A stretch of 64,000 nt of DNA, taken from positions 2,396,183 to 2,460,182 of the forward strand of contig JAWQFM010000002.1 of assembly GCA_033442325.1 (NCBI GenBank), given 5' to 3'. The position numbers were made by a program, and so were the translations under genes. Position 1 is the stretch's first letter. The number at the start of each line of letters is the position of its first letter. The notes beneath the pieces were generated by a model. That model was not told where the DNA came from. It saw only the letters and a list, made by a program, of their open reading frames with translations, and did no database searches. Shown here in pieces: positions 28,376 to 51,256 of the stretch. Source of the DNA: Salpingoeca rosetta. Lineage: Eukaryota > Protista > Choanoflagellata.

Positions 28376-30528
28376 GTGTGTGCGTGAGTGTGTGTGTGTG
28401 TGTGCGTGAGTGAGTGAGTGCGAGTGTCTGCGTATGTATGTGTGTATGTGTATGTGTGTATGTGTATGTGTGTGTGTGTATGTGTGTGTGTGTGTGTGTG
28501 AGTGTGTGTGAGTGAGTGTGAGTGTGAGTGTGGCACAGGAGGCAAGAAGAGTTCTTCTCGACTCGACGTTGACTACAGCTACATCGTCGCCTGCATCGCC
28601 GCCACAACAACACTCCCTCATCACATCACCGCCGCCTCCTCACCCTTTTTTCGGTCGCGGTTTGTTGGGTTTTCCTTCGCAACGGCAAATTGTGATGTCT
28701 GTTACGGGTGTGGGATAATTGCTGAGTGTTTTGCAACATGAATCAACACAGTGTATTTCCATGAAAACTTCAACAAACAATCGTACCCACCCATATTAGG
28801 GCATGGAATCATTATCAAAATAAAAGAAAAATGACCACGCAAATGTAAAACATGTTTGAACATGACATGATCCTAATGCTTTTCTTGCTGCTGCTGTCTG
28901 TGGGCCTCTTCTGACTTCGCTTCTTCGCTTAGCGTGCAAGCACGTGATGTGGCGACGAGGGCAAAGACCAGAAGCAAGAACAAACACATTAAGGCAGAGC
29001 ACCGAAGTGGCCGGATTGGCCAAAGGTGGTTGGCGTGGGGTTGGGTGGGACAGACCGTGGCCCACCGGTTTACGCCGGAGTGCCCCGCACTGTGGTGGCG
29101 AAGGAGCTAATTCTGTGATGTTTTGCTTCAAAACTCCATGATCACTTCCTTGCACTTCCACACGATCGAAGTCGACCGTTTGACCCATGGGGGTGTGGCG
29201 TGGCTGGGCAACGGCGCGGGTCGAAAGGTGTTGCGTGGCGGGGCGGTTGCCGTGATGTAGCGTGCTGTGCTGTAGCGTGCTGTGGTGTGCTCAGTGGGGG
29301 TTGGTGTCGAATACCGGTGCATGCACGCAACAACTTGTCCAGTAGCGCGCCACAGGGAAGTGCCAAGGGGCGTGTGTAGTGTTTTGTGTGGGGAGAACAT
29401 CGGGACAAAACGACACGCTGCTGCGAGGCTAAACACACGCCCTGCATTGCGCGTGGGCCAATGTGCAGGCCATGAGGCGTGGATGACGCCACGCGACGAC
29501 AACTTGCTCGCACACCCACGAAACATCCGCACAACCTTGTGCTTGACATGCAGGGCGCGGTTTCGGTTAAGCGCACTTCCCTTGCACATCCAAACATAAA
29601 GCCAAGCTGCACACTGACCAGGGACACTTAGGCTGTGTGTTTTGCTTTACGCAACGCGCCAAACAAAGAGGCAACACCACACGCAACAAACACACACACT
29701 TGTGCACACATGCACACGCGCGCACACGCACACACACACAACAACAAAAAAAACTAAAACGGCTTGATGTTCGTTGGAGGGGGCAGGGGATTCGTTTGGT
29801 TGGTTGTGGCCCACTCGTTGTCCAAGCCAAGCCGCCAGCAGTTTGGTGCTCTTCCACAAACTCACGCACACGCACACACAGCACACAGCACACGGCGCGC
29901 CAAGCGCAGAAAGCAAAGCAAAAAAAAAAACCAAGCCAAGCCACAACAGCCAAGCACACGCACACGCACACGCACAGATACAAGCGCCAAGCGCCACCAG
30001 CCACCACGCCATTACACGACAGCATTGCCGTCATCTCGTTCTATTGTTCTATTGTCGCGGCTCCACTTCCTTGTGAGTTTTGCCAGTGGTGTCAGGTGTT
30101 TGTTCATTTTCTACACCTCTGCACTTCCCTCCGCTGCACACCTTACGGCAACCGCTCATCAGCGACCCAGAGCGCCATTGACTGAGCGCGCCCGCTTGAC
30201 GAAAGAACAAACGCAGAAGCAAACAAAACACCGCGCCACACCAGCAGCCAAGTTGTCTCCATTCGTGCCACCCCCGTCTCTGTTTCACTCATTTTCTCAA
30301 CCTCCACTTTCTCCACCAACAGCATCGAGTGCGCGAGTTTCTCCTTTGCTGGATCATCTCTTGATACCTCCTCCACCACCATCCATTACAGCACCTCCAA
30401 GCAGATAACACAACACCAAGACAAAAAGAGCCGCAACAGCCACCAGCAGCAGCAGCACCAGCTTTGCTTCCGCTGAAACACGCAGTGTCAACCCGAGTTG
30501 CCCCTGCTCAGCAGCACAACATCTCAAG

Positions 30529-30619
30529 ATGCAGCTCAACATGAACATGTTGCTCCTCCAGCTCGCCCTTGTGTGCGCGCTCTTTGCCTCTGCCACGGTA
30601 AGCTTTGTTGGTTGTTGTG

Positions 30620-30661
<42 letters not shown>

Positions 30662-32960
30662 GGTTGCCTGCAGGCATGTTGTTGTTGTTGTTGTTGTTGT
30701 TGTTGCCTGCAGGCATGTTGTTGTGCGCCTTCTCCCTCCCTCCTCCCCCCCCCCCTCTCTCCTCTGCTTGTTGTCTCCTTGTGTTCTTTTTCTCCGCTTG
30801 CTTTCTCCCCCCCCCCCACACGCTATCCCAACCCGGCTGCAGTGCCACCGTCGATTTCCGAGCTAGTCGGGGTTTACTTGGTTCCTTTTGCCGCCGGTCC
30901 CTTCTTGTGTCTCTTCTCTCCTGGCTTGTCTCTCCTTGCCCCCCCCACTCTTTTCCCAGCTCTCTCTCGGTCTCTCTATCTCTCTTCTCTCTCTCTCTCT
31001 CCATACCTGGTTCCGTCGCTTGTTTTCCCTCCTTCCTCGCAGCATTCGTGCTGTTTTCCCATGAGCAACAACAACAACACACAAGGGGGCTGCACTCGCA
31101 CACACCCACCCATGCATACATGGTGGCGCGTGTTTTGTCATGGGTGTTGCGTTGCATGCACCATTGCTCGCGCCTCTTTGTGTGTGTGTGTGTGTGTGTG
31201 CTTTGCCGTGCATATGCATGCACTCCCATATGTGTGTGGAAGTGCAATGTGTTGCTCGTGTTTGGTCACTGTTTTGGTCTCTCTTCCATGGTTGCCGGCA
31301 GTTGTTTGCAGTTTGTTTGCAGTTGTTTAGCCGTCTCCCCTCCTCTTTGCTTGGCTACAAGCAATGACCTTTGCTCTCTACTCCTGTCTCCCTCTCCCTT
31401 TCTTTTTCCTTTAGTTCACCACCTGACACACACGCACACATGCACATGTGGTTCTGCGCAACACGTCGTCACTCACCCACCAACTGTATCCTGCCTTCTT
31501 CTTCCTCCTTGCTTTCCCTCCCACCGCCATCACCACAGAAGGCAGACAATTGCTATGGCCTTGACGTGTACGCGTGCTCTGCAAACGACGCGTGCACGCT
31601 GGACCTGGACGCCAACGACCGCCTGTACTGTCGCGCCTTCTCCTGCCGCGCCCTCCACGCCGACTGCGAGATTGACACCCACGGCTGCTACTTCAACACC
31701 GTGACTGGCGTCTGCTACCCGCTCGACACGGAGCCCGCATGCGCCGACTACTTCAGCGAGACCACCTGCCCAACAGACCGCTGCTCCTTCCTCTCCGAGC
31801 TCAACCTCTGCTACGAGGGCGCCTCGGTTGAGGCCATCCCTTGCGACGTCACCCACACGCAGATTGGCTGCGGCTACCTCCCCCACTGCGAGTTCCACTA
31901 CATGTGGGACAACAGCTGGGGCGTGTGCACGCCACAGTTCCAGGACCCGCCCTGCTACCTCTACGAGCCCGTGCCCGGCCAGTGCCCCGACGACCGCTGC
32001 CTCATCGTCCCCACCCTCGAGATTGGCGTCTTCGCCTGTGCTCCCCTCCCCACCACCACAACCACCGTCCCCAACGAGAGCGGCAGCGGCAGCGGCAGCG
32101 GCAGTGGCAGTGGTGACACCACCACCAGCGGTACCCTCAGCGTGCTCCCTCTGTCCACCTTCTACTCAACCCCAGCCCCTACCACGACGAGTGGCACCCT
32201 CAGCGTGCTCCCTCTGTCCACCTTCTACTCAACCCCCGCGCCCACCACGACGAGTGGCACCCTCAGCGTCCTCCCGCTCTCCACCTTCTACTCCACCCCC
32301 GCGCCCACCACGACGAGTGGCACCCTCAGCGTCCTCCCGCTCTCCACCTTCTACTCCACCCCAGCTCCTACCACGACGAGTGGCACCCTCAGCATCCTCC
32401 CGCTCTCCACCTTCTACTCCACCCCCGCGCCCACCACGACGAGTGGCACCCTCAGCGTCCTCCCGCTCTCCACCTTCTACTCCACCCCCGCGCCCACCAC
32501 CACAAGCGGCACTCTCCTTGTTTTCCCTCTGTCCACCTTCTACTCCACCCCGGCTCCGTCTGCGGACAAGGCCAGCAGCACGTTCTCCACCACAACCGTG
32601 GTTGTCTTTGCCGTTGGTGTTGTTATTGCTGCCGCCATCATTGCCGTCGCCATCGTCCGTGTCAAGTAAGTTGCATGTCGATGTCCCTCACCTTGTTGCT
32701 GCCGTTTGCTTGTTTGCTTGTTTGCTTGTTGCATCGACTGCACCTCTTGGATCTCAACACCCGCTCACCATTGTTGTGTGTCCTCCCACCCCACTCCACT
32801 CCACACGTGTAGGTCTCGGCCAAAGGTCCGTGTTGCCCACGACCTGAGCGCCGTGATTGCAATGGACGACCACGCCAAGGGCCGCGCTGCGCCTGCCTCG
32901 CTGAAGAAGGCCGCACACGGTGGCGTCGTCATCCCCGTGGCCCCCGCCATCGACGTCTAA
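30529..32960 (+). CDS. Type I membrane protein: signal peptide, Cys-rich ectodomain, 21-aa Ser/Thr-rich tandem repeats, TM helix, short tail
   Basis: Exon 1 MQLNMNMLLLQLALVCALFASAT (30529-30597). Exon 2 (about 31540-32666) has roughly 20 Cys, then (TTTSGTLSVLPLSTFYSTPAP)x7, then VVVFAVGVVIAAAIIAVAIVRVK. Exon 3 ends VAPAIDV*. Confidence 0.85.
32118..32559 (+). repeat. 63-bp coding tandem repeat x7
   Basis: Unit ACCACGACGAGTGGCACCCTCAGCGTCCTCCCGCTCTCCACCTTCTACTCCACCCCCGCGCCC, with mostly synonymous differences between copies. Confidence 0.95.
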
Positions 32961-34369
32961 AGCATGCCGCAGCTCCAGCAATAGGTCGACGACTGTGGAT
33001 CATGGCGGGCTTGGTGATGGGCTTGGTGATGGGGGTGGTGGTCAGCACCGGTTCAGTGAACTTGCCGGCCAACCCCTCTTTGCCAACGCTTACTCCCGCT
33101 ACCACACGTCACCATGTCGCTCGCTGCGCGCTGTTGTTGTTACTGCTTTCCTTTCCCTTTCCTTTTTTCTTCTTCGTTTGTTTGACTTCTGGCAAGCCGC
33201 AGGCTGCTGCTGCTGCCCCACTCGTCACTCGTTCGCCCACCTCCCGTTTGTTCAACACCCGGCCGTTTATCTCCACTGTTATTTCTCTCCATGTGCCGTT
33301 GGTGTCCTCCTCCCCCCCCCATCTTGTTGCCTCAACACATCACCGCGTTTTGGCCTGCACTAGCTCTTCCACTTGTCCTCAACAGTGTCTTGCAGCAGCA
33401 GCTTGCCTGCCTGCCTGCCTGCCTGCCTGTTGGATGGACCGTTGCTTGTTGCCGTGCACAATCCGGATTGATGGCTTTGCTTTCCCGGTTGCGACTTGTG
33501 ACGCGTCATGTGTCCACAGTTCCCTTCCCGGTCTCAGTCACATTCGCTTGTTTTTTTGTCTTGTGTGTTTGTTTGTCTCGTGTTATTTGTTCGTTTGTTC
33601 GTTTGTTCGTTTGTTTGTTTGTTTGTGTGTGTTTTTCCTTCCTTCTGTATGAACCGCTCTGTGTCAATATCGCCATCGCCACTTTCCATTCACTGTTTCA
33701 CCAGAAAGCTTTCGTTTCTCTTTTGCGTGTGCGTGTCGCCACGTCTGTCGTTGATTGCGACTCGCCTCATGGCTGTTGTTGCGCCCTTTCGACGTGCTTC
33801 AGGCACACACACGTCTGTGTCTTCGCCATTCCCTGGCCACTCTGTGCGTGTTTCCCGCCCGACTTTTGTAATTTTTCACCGTCTCCTCCCACTCGGCGGT
33901 TACCGCCTGCCCATCTCTCTTCCCTGACGCACGGATGCACGAGTATGGTTGTCGTTGTTGCTGTGGTTATTCGCTGCACCGACACACACGGTCGCGCGAT
34001 GGCTACCTTGCTTTGCTTGCATGCAAGCAGCAAGCGCGCCAATCAACTAGCATCACCGTCTTACATGCTCGTTGCTTCTAATCAGTGGAGGCGGGAAAGG
34101 CAGCGCGTTTTCTGCCTGTGTGTGTGTGTATGTTTGTTTGTTGAGTTGCTTATATTTAAGGGCAACCCTTGTTTGGATGTATGGACGTGTGTGTCGTGTG
34201 TGTATGATTCCTTGTCACGTGTGGGCCAACCACTCAACTCAAACTCAAACTCATTCGTTTGCGCCAATTACAACCAAATCATGAGAAAGTATATGTAGAT
34301 CATGTAAGAACCACAAGGTGTTAAGTGGATGACAAGGAGGGCTAGAGGGAGGGCGTGTGTGCGTGTGCT

Positions 34370-37776
<3,407 letters not shown>

Positions 37777-38593
37777 CTTGGAGCGTTTCAGGAGAAACGG
37801 AGCTGATTACAGCCGAGGGGAGGCGAGAAGGCGTGCAGCTGTCTTTGGGGGGGGGGGGGGTTGTGGCGGTGGTTGAAGCTGATATGGAAGCAGAGGAAAT
37901 GCCTCAACAAAATGAGCCGACCCGCCATGCTGAAGACGTGCAAGTAGTGGAGTACGCAATGAATAAAGAAAGCACGGGAGAAGGCCTTGCGTTGGCACGC
38001 TCGCTCAGCGCGTGCCGTTTCCTGTGTGCGGGGTGAGTTGCGTGCGCGAGTCGGGCGTGGTGTATGAGCGAAGCAACGAACGCAAAAGCAATCGTGCAGT
38101 GGCACTGAAGCAGGGGTGGAAGGAGTAGACGCAGGCGCAAAAGAAGGCGATGTTGATGCACAAGAAGACGATGTAGGCGCAGGAGAAAACGAATCAGAAG
38201 CAGGAGCAGAAGCAGCAGCAGTCGAAGCAACAAACAACGAAGGTTACGGTGCTATTCTCACCTTGCTTCTGCCCAAAGCGTGATGCCAGACATGCTAGTG
38301 GCTTCGCTAAGCTTCGCTGCATAAGGCCTGCATGCCTCCGGCCCCTTGCCTGTCTTTGTGAAGCCTAAGCAATGCAGGCAGTGAATTGTGTCGTGCTATC
38401 ATCATGCATGGCATCTTGTGTCGTGCTGATGACGTGTGCTGGTGGGATGGCTGGTGCTTTGCTTCGTTGCTCGTGGCGTCAGCATCGTTGTGTTGTTGTT
38501 CGTTGTTGGCGCGCCCGATTGCCGAAAATCATATGAAAATGTTCATCAATGTTCAAGAATCAAAAAGGCAGCGGACACAGCTCAAACTACAGC

Positions 38594-39809
38594 ATGAGTG
38601 TGGAGGACGTGCGTGCGTTGTTGGTGGAGAGCGTGAGGGCGGTATGTGGGGAACGGGCGATGGCGTGCGACCCATCCATCGCGCAGCTGCTAGGGAAGTC
38701 GTCGAGCGTGCTGCGTGCGGGCAACAAGAGCCGCGCACCGCAGTTTTCCTCGCGGCTCCCCTCAGCCTTGTTTGCTCGCTTGGTCGCCCTTCTTGCCACG
38801 CCACCACCACTACCACCACCACCACCACTACCACCCTCGCGGCGCCGCGATGGTGGTGTGAGTGACGGTGCTGGCAAAGCACCCTCGTCTTCAACAGCAA
38901 GCACGACGACCACAGCCCTTGCAGCTGAGGACGACAGCAAACGCGCCAAGCGCACTGGCAGCAGCAGCGGCGGCGGCAGCACCACGGCCACGGACGTTAC
39001 AATGCAGGGCAGCCCAGGGACAGAAACCGGTGGGAGGGACTTGACCCTGGCACTTGGGCGGCCGGCTCGTGGGCGAGTACGAGGTCCACTACAGCTGGTC
39101 ACCATCACGGACTTTGGGCGTGAGAAGCATGCGCGCTACAGCGATGCTGGAGCGTTTGCGCGTGCCATTGCCGCCGAGCTGGAGGCGCGCGGGCAAGCCG
39201 TGTTGGCATTTGTGGGCGTGAACAGTAAGCACGACATTGACATCTCCACGCACATGCACGTTGCCAAGCAGCACGCGCACGACATGCTTCTCTGCCGGGA
39301 CTGTGGTCACTTTTGCGCTGGCTTACGCGGTTTGCGTGATCATCAGCAGTGCTTTCACAAGCACACCTACGAACACTCGAAGGTACGCAAGCTTTAAATG
39401 TGGGCATGGGTGGGGGCATGGGTGGGATACATGTGGGTGTGGGTGTTGGCATGAGTGTTAGCATGAGTGGGATCGTGGTCCTGTTTCTCGGCAGACATGC
39501 GCCACAAACACCACTACGCATTCACTTTACCTCATGCACTCACAGCGCGTGCCCTCACGAAATGTGTGCGTGTGCGTGCGTGTGTGTGTGTGGGGGGGGT
39601 CTTTCATCGCATGTGCAAACCGCCGCCCTCTGCTGTGTGATGCAGGAATCTGCGACATTGTCCAACGCGCCAATTGTTCCGTTTCAGAGCAACAGCGCCA
39701 TGCACGTGCTTGTGGAGCAGTGGCGGAAGGATGCGCAGCAGCAGCGCGAGCAAGCAAAGAAGCTTCTCCCACCGCTGCAGGTTGGTTGATGCCGTGGGAC
39801 TTTTGCGAT

Positions 39810-39842
<33 letters not shown>

Positions 39843-39921
39843 TCTCGTGTGTATGCGTGTGTGTGTTCTCGTGTGTGTGTGTGTGTTCTCGTGTGTATGC
39901 GTGTGTGTGTTCTCGTGTGTA

Positions 39922-39984
<63 letters not shown>

Positions 39985-41400
39985 CATGAACTGCAATGCG
40001 GCGTTTGTCGTGACCGCACGCCCTTAATCCTGTTATCTTTGATCATTCAACAGGCGGCAAAGGATGGCGATCTGGGCGCGCTCAAGCGCATGTATGAAGC
40101 TGGCGCTGACGTCCACCAACGTGAGCATGTGTTTTGTGTTGTGCTGTGTTGTGTTGTGTTGTGTTGTGTTGTGTTGTGTTGTGTTGTGTTGTGTTGTGTT
40201 GTGTTGTGTTGTGTTGTGTTGTGTTGTGTTGTGTTGTGTAGTGTTGTGTAGTGTTGTGAGTGAGTGCGTGTGTGAGTGTGCGTGTGTTTTGAAGTGAGAT
40301 TAAGTATTTTTTAGTGAGTATTTTTGAGTGAGTGACTGTGTGTGTTGTGAGTGAATGCTTGCCTGTGTTCACTCCTGTGTCCACTCCTGTGTGCGCTCCC
40401 GCGTATTGTCCAGCATACCCTCGCCCGTACATGTACCCTTGGGTTTTACCGTTGCGGTAAATTACCATCCAAAAGCCAGTCAACGAACGGACAGCACTCA
40501 CACCATCTCGCCACCACCATCACTCAACAACTCCAAATTGGCACAGGCGACCGGCACGGGTCTACGGTGCTGCACTGGGCGGCTGGTGGCGGCCATCTGC
40601 ACATATGCCGCTGGTTTGTTGATGTTGCAGGTGGTGATGTGGCACACGCGCAGCCAGCGAGCGGCCGCAACGCCCTGCACTGGGCAGCACGCAACGGGCA
40701 CATGGACGTGCGTGTAGGAGGGAGGGAGAGGGGATGGGAGGTGTTTTTGCGGAGGGGAAATGAGGGGTGTGTGTGTGTGTGTGTGTGTGTTGGGGGGGGG
40801 GGACGCATTATAGAAGGCTGATGTGAGTGTGTTGTTCGTTTGGTTTCGAACCATGCCATTGCATTCATTGCTCGATTGCTTTGCTCCTCCCTCACTTTCC
40901 ATCGTCACTTTCCATCGTCTAACCCCCCCCCCCCACACACACACACACACACACGCACACACACGCACGCACACACACGCACGCACGCACACAGGTCTGT
41001 GCGTTTCTTGTTGATCGAGGGGTGGATGTGAATTCGAGAACAACGGACGGCACGCCGCCACTGCACTGGGCCGTGTGGCAAAACCATGTGTCCGTGTGCG
41101 ATTTTCTGGTGGACAACGGGGCCGATGTGCACGCTCTCAACGCGTTTGGGTGCAACGCGGTGCAGTGGGCGGCGCAAGGTGGACACGTGCGCATGTGTGA
41201 ATGGCTGCGCAGTCACGGTGTCGACTTCCACCTGCTCAACAACAACGGCCACAGCGCGTTCCACAAGGCGGCCATCTACGGTCACGAGGACGTCTGCAGA
41301 TGGCTGCACGACGAGGTGCGTTGTGGTCAACGGGAATGGCGGAGATGGGGAGGTGTTGGAGTGAGAAGGTGGAGGATCTGTGTGTGATCTGTGTGTGATC

Positions 41401-41433
<33 letters not shown>

Positions 41434-42061
41434 TCTGTGTTGTGTGTGTGTGTGTGATCTGTGTTGTGTGTGTGTGATCTGTGTTGTGTGTGTGTGATCT
41501 GTGTTGTGTGTGCGTGTGTGTGATCTCTGTGTGTGTGTGTGTGCGCGCTTGCGCGCTCTCTCTTTCTCTCTCTCTGATATTTGTGCATGTACGTGCATGC
41601 ACACATGCATGTATCCATGCTCCTTGCCTCTGAGTGATCAGCCAACCCCAACCCCAAGCGTAATTGCTGACTCGACTCACGTCCATGTCACCACTGCAAC
41701 TAACCGCTGTGCAGGCTGGTCTTGGGCTGGCTCATCTTGGCGCTGACGGCGACGGCAACACGCCCATGGAGATGGCGCGCCTGGACGGGCACACGCGTAC
41801 CACAGAGGTTGGTGGTGATGATGGTTGGAGTAGTGGTTAGAGTGGTGGTGGTGGGTAGGGGCTGCTTTGGAGGTGATGGTGTTGTGTTGCAGCGTTTACC
41901 GTGTTGGCGTGCGCGCTCGCACACACTTTGCTGTTGCCAGGTCTTCTATTCCCGTCACACGCATACACATTCTCACACACACATGAATCTGACTTTGTTT
42001 GCATCAGTATCTGTCAGAGCTGCACAAGCGGCTGACGGATGCATCAAGCGATGACACGTGA
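38594..42061 (+). CDS. C2H2 zinc finger + ankyrin-repeat protein with an N-terminal globular domain
   Basis: Exon 1 ends LLCRDCGHFCAGLRGLRDHQQCFH (C2H2). Ankyrin exons: GSTVLHWAAGGGH, GRNALHWAARNGH, GTPPLHWAVWQNH, GCNAVQWAAQGGH, GHSAFHKAAIYGH and GNTPMEMARLDGH. Last exon YLSELHKRLTDASSDDT*. Confidence 0.85.
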
Positions 42062-42069
42062 TGGAATGC

Positions 42070-42126
<57 letters not shown>

Positions 42127-42267
42127 TGCTGTTGCCAGGTCTTCTATTGCCGTCACACGCACACACATTCTCACCCACACATGAATCTGACTTTGTTTGC
42201 ATCAGTATCTGTCAGAGCTGCACAAGCGGCTGACGGATGCATCAAGCGATGACACGTGATGGAATGC

Positions 42268-42300
<33 letters not shown>
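41920..42300 (+). repeat. 198-bp tandem duplication containing the terminal exon
   Basis: GCATCAGTATCTGTCAGAGC occurs at 42001 and 42199. The two copies differ by a few substitutions in the intronic part. Confidence 0.9.
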
Positions 42301-42304
<4 letters not shown>

Positions 42305-42511
42305 GCACACACACAAAAGGGAACGGGCGTTTAGGGCGGAGCCATGTGTGTGGCTTACTCGGGTCACTATATTGTGAGAATCATAAAATTTCGTACTATT
42401 CAGTTATAATTGGTGCTTTTGCTTCCGCCTTTCGAATTCCGGATACAAAAATAACCCATTCTGCCAATCAGTAATCGCATGCTTTGCGATTATACGGTGT
42501 TGGGAATGCCA

Positions 42512-42611
42512 NNNNNNNNNNNNNNNNNNNNNNNNNNNNNNNNNNNNNNNNNNNNNNNNNNNNNNNNNNNNNNNNNNNNNNNNNNNNNNNNNNNNNNNNN
42601 NNNNNNNNNNN
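42512..42611. other. Assembly gap (100 N)
   Basis: Run of N; flanking sequence looks low quality. Confidence 1.
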
Positions 42612-42802
42612 CCGCTTTTTTCCTCCTCTTAATTTTAGAACACGGGGTTTTGGGTTTCTCCCGGACCACGGACACGATCACGATCACCTATGTTGTGGTC
42701 GTTCCCCTCCTCGTCGTCCCCGTTGCTCTCATCGGGCATGTGGGTGGGTGGCATGAGCATGGACCACTCCCACTGCCTTCCATATGCATGCCAAGCAGCC
42801 CC

Positions 42803-46921
<4,119 letters not shown>

Positions 46922-47017
46922 GGCGGGCCGACTCTGGGGTTATGTGAGGGAGGAGAGGGGACGGTAGAAGGGTGGTATGAGCGAGGGGGCATGGGAAGGG
47001 GGGGACAGGAGGGAGAG

Positions 47018-47091
<74 letters not shown>

Positions 47092-47191
47092 NNNNNNNNN
47101 NNNNNNNNNNNNNNNNNNNNNNNNNNNNNNNNNNNNNNNNNNNNNNNNNNNNNNNNNNNNNNNNNNNNNNNNNNNNNNNNNNNNNNNNNNN
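47092..47191. other. Assembly gap (100 N)
   Basis: Run of N. Confidence 1.
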
Positions 47192-47450
47192 ACGTACACA
47201 TACACACACGCACACACGCACACACGCACACACAATCTCTCCCTCTCCCTCTACACACACTCTCACATACACACACGCACACACACACACTCTCTCACTC
47301 TCTCTCTCTCTCTGTGACACACGCACACACATACACACACACCATTGATTGTGCGCGTCCGTCCAACGCAAAAGAAAAAACAACATTGCACCGACAAGGA
47401 CTTGAACCTGCCGAAAGAAAAACCACAACGAAGCAAGAGAAAAAAATTTA

Positions 47451-47554
47451 CGCACCCAGCAGGATTTGAACCTACGCGGGCAGAGCCCAATGGCTTGCAT
47501 TAATCCAATTAGGACATTCAAGGCCATCGCCTTCGACCACTCGGCCATGAGTGC
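47451..47554 (-). tRNA. tRNA-Ser(UGA) with a 21-nt intron
   Basis: GCACTCA/TGGGTGC acceptor stem, discriminator G, A-box TGGCCGAGTGG, anticodon stem ATGGC/GCCAT, loop CT-TGA-A followed by intron TGTCCTAATTGGATTAATGCA, long variable arm, GGTTCAAATCC, and a T-run terminator just downstream. Confidence 0.95.
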
Positions 47555-47694
47555 AACCATCTCGGTTGCCAAACAAGTGTGAATTTGGGTTTGTAAAGTT
47601 TCATGGAATTGTGTGTCCGAGTGAGTGCAATTTCCGTCGAAGTAGTACACAACAATTCACACGACAGTTCTGCGTGTGAGGACGACGATCACGA

Positions 47695-50160
<2,466 letters not shown>

Positions 50161-51195
50161 GCGTTTGCATGTGTGTGCATCGCCATCAACCACGCTGACA
50201 GCGATACGATGCACGAGGTGAGGGCACGCAATGCTGTGCGTGTTTGGTGGAAGGGGGTTGAGGGGAAGTGGGGAGGAAGGCGTTCATCATGGCCACCATC
50301 ACCACCACCACGGCTGTGTATCTGGCCATGTGACCGTACATTTTGGGGATGGAGATGAGGGGAGAGATGTTGGCGCTGCCACTTTGTTGTGTTGTCGTTA
50401 TGATGGTTGTGGTATCGCTATGTGCACTGTCTCACTCTGCCATGTATGTGACTGTGCGCGTGCGACTGCAGATGTGCGTGCTTGTGCTCGCTCTGTTCGA
50501 CAAGAGCAGATCCGATGTGTCTTTCGCGCGCGGCAATCGTGCCCCTCCCTCTCTTCTTGATATTTTGATCGTGTTTACTTGCTATACCATGTAACACAAC
50601 TGTAACATCACATTACATCCTCTATGAACCAACCGCAAGTATACGTCAAGTAGGCGGGTACACATTTAGGAGGGGACGTACTTGCAGTCATACACTCACA
50701 GGACATACACACACACCACACCCACGACACACACACACACACACGACACGCACGCATACACAAACACGCACGCATACACAAGCACACACACACACACACA
50801 AAAAAACATGAAGAAAGAAGCACACACGAAAGCACATGCGTTGCCGAGGGCTTGTGTTACTGACAAGGGTAAAAGGCGTGCAACAGAAGGCAGCTTGCTC
50901 GGCCGGAAACAGATTGATGAGACGCGGCTTGCATTCCAGCGCGATGATAGGATGATTGCCGCTGAAGATGTGGGGTTGCGGTGGCAGTGTCGGCGTCGCC
51001 GATTCCCTTGTTGGCTATCACTCAGGGGCGCCGTGCTAGCAGGGATGGTGTGCTTGGAGTCTGTGGCGTGGCTCCGTCCCTGGGGTCAATTCAAATCAGC
51101 AAACAGAGCATCAGCGTCGATACACTCGAGCATGCGAGCCAACACACACACTCACACGCACGCACACACACACACGCACACACACACACACACAC

Positions 51196-51255
<60 letters not shown>

Positions 51256-51256
51256 G

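Noticed and set aside
28796-29600. Non-repetitive ORFs between EFHC2 and the membrane-protein gene
   Set aside because: No recognisable motif or consistent exon chain.
32118-32559. Regular repeat array as a possible CRISPR
   Set aside because: Contiguous in-frame coding repeats with no unique spacers, in a eukaryotic context.
42310-42511. AT-rich segment as a transposon end or foreign DNA
   Set aside because: It abuts a gap, is probably a low-quality read end, and has no matching partner sequence.
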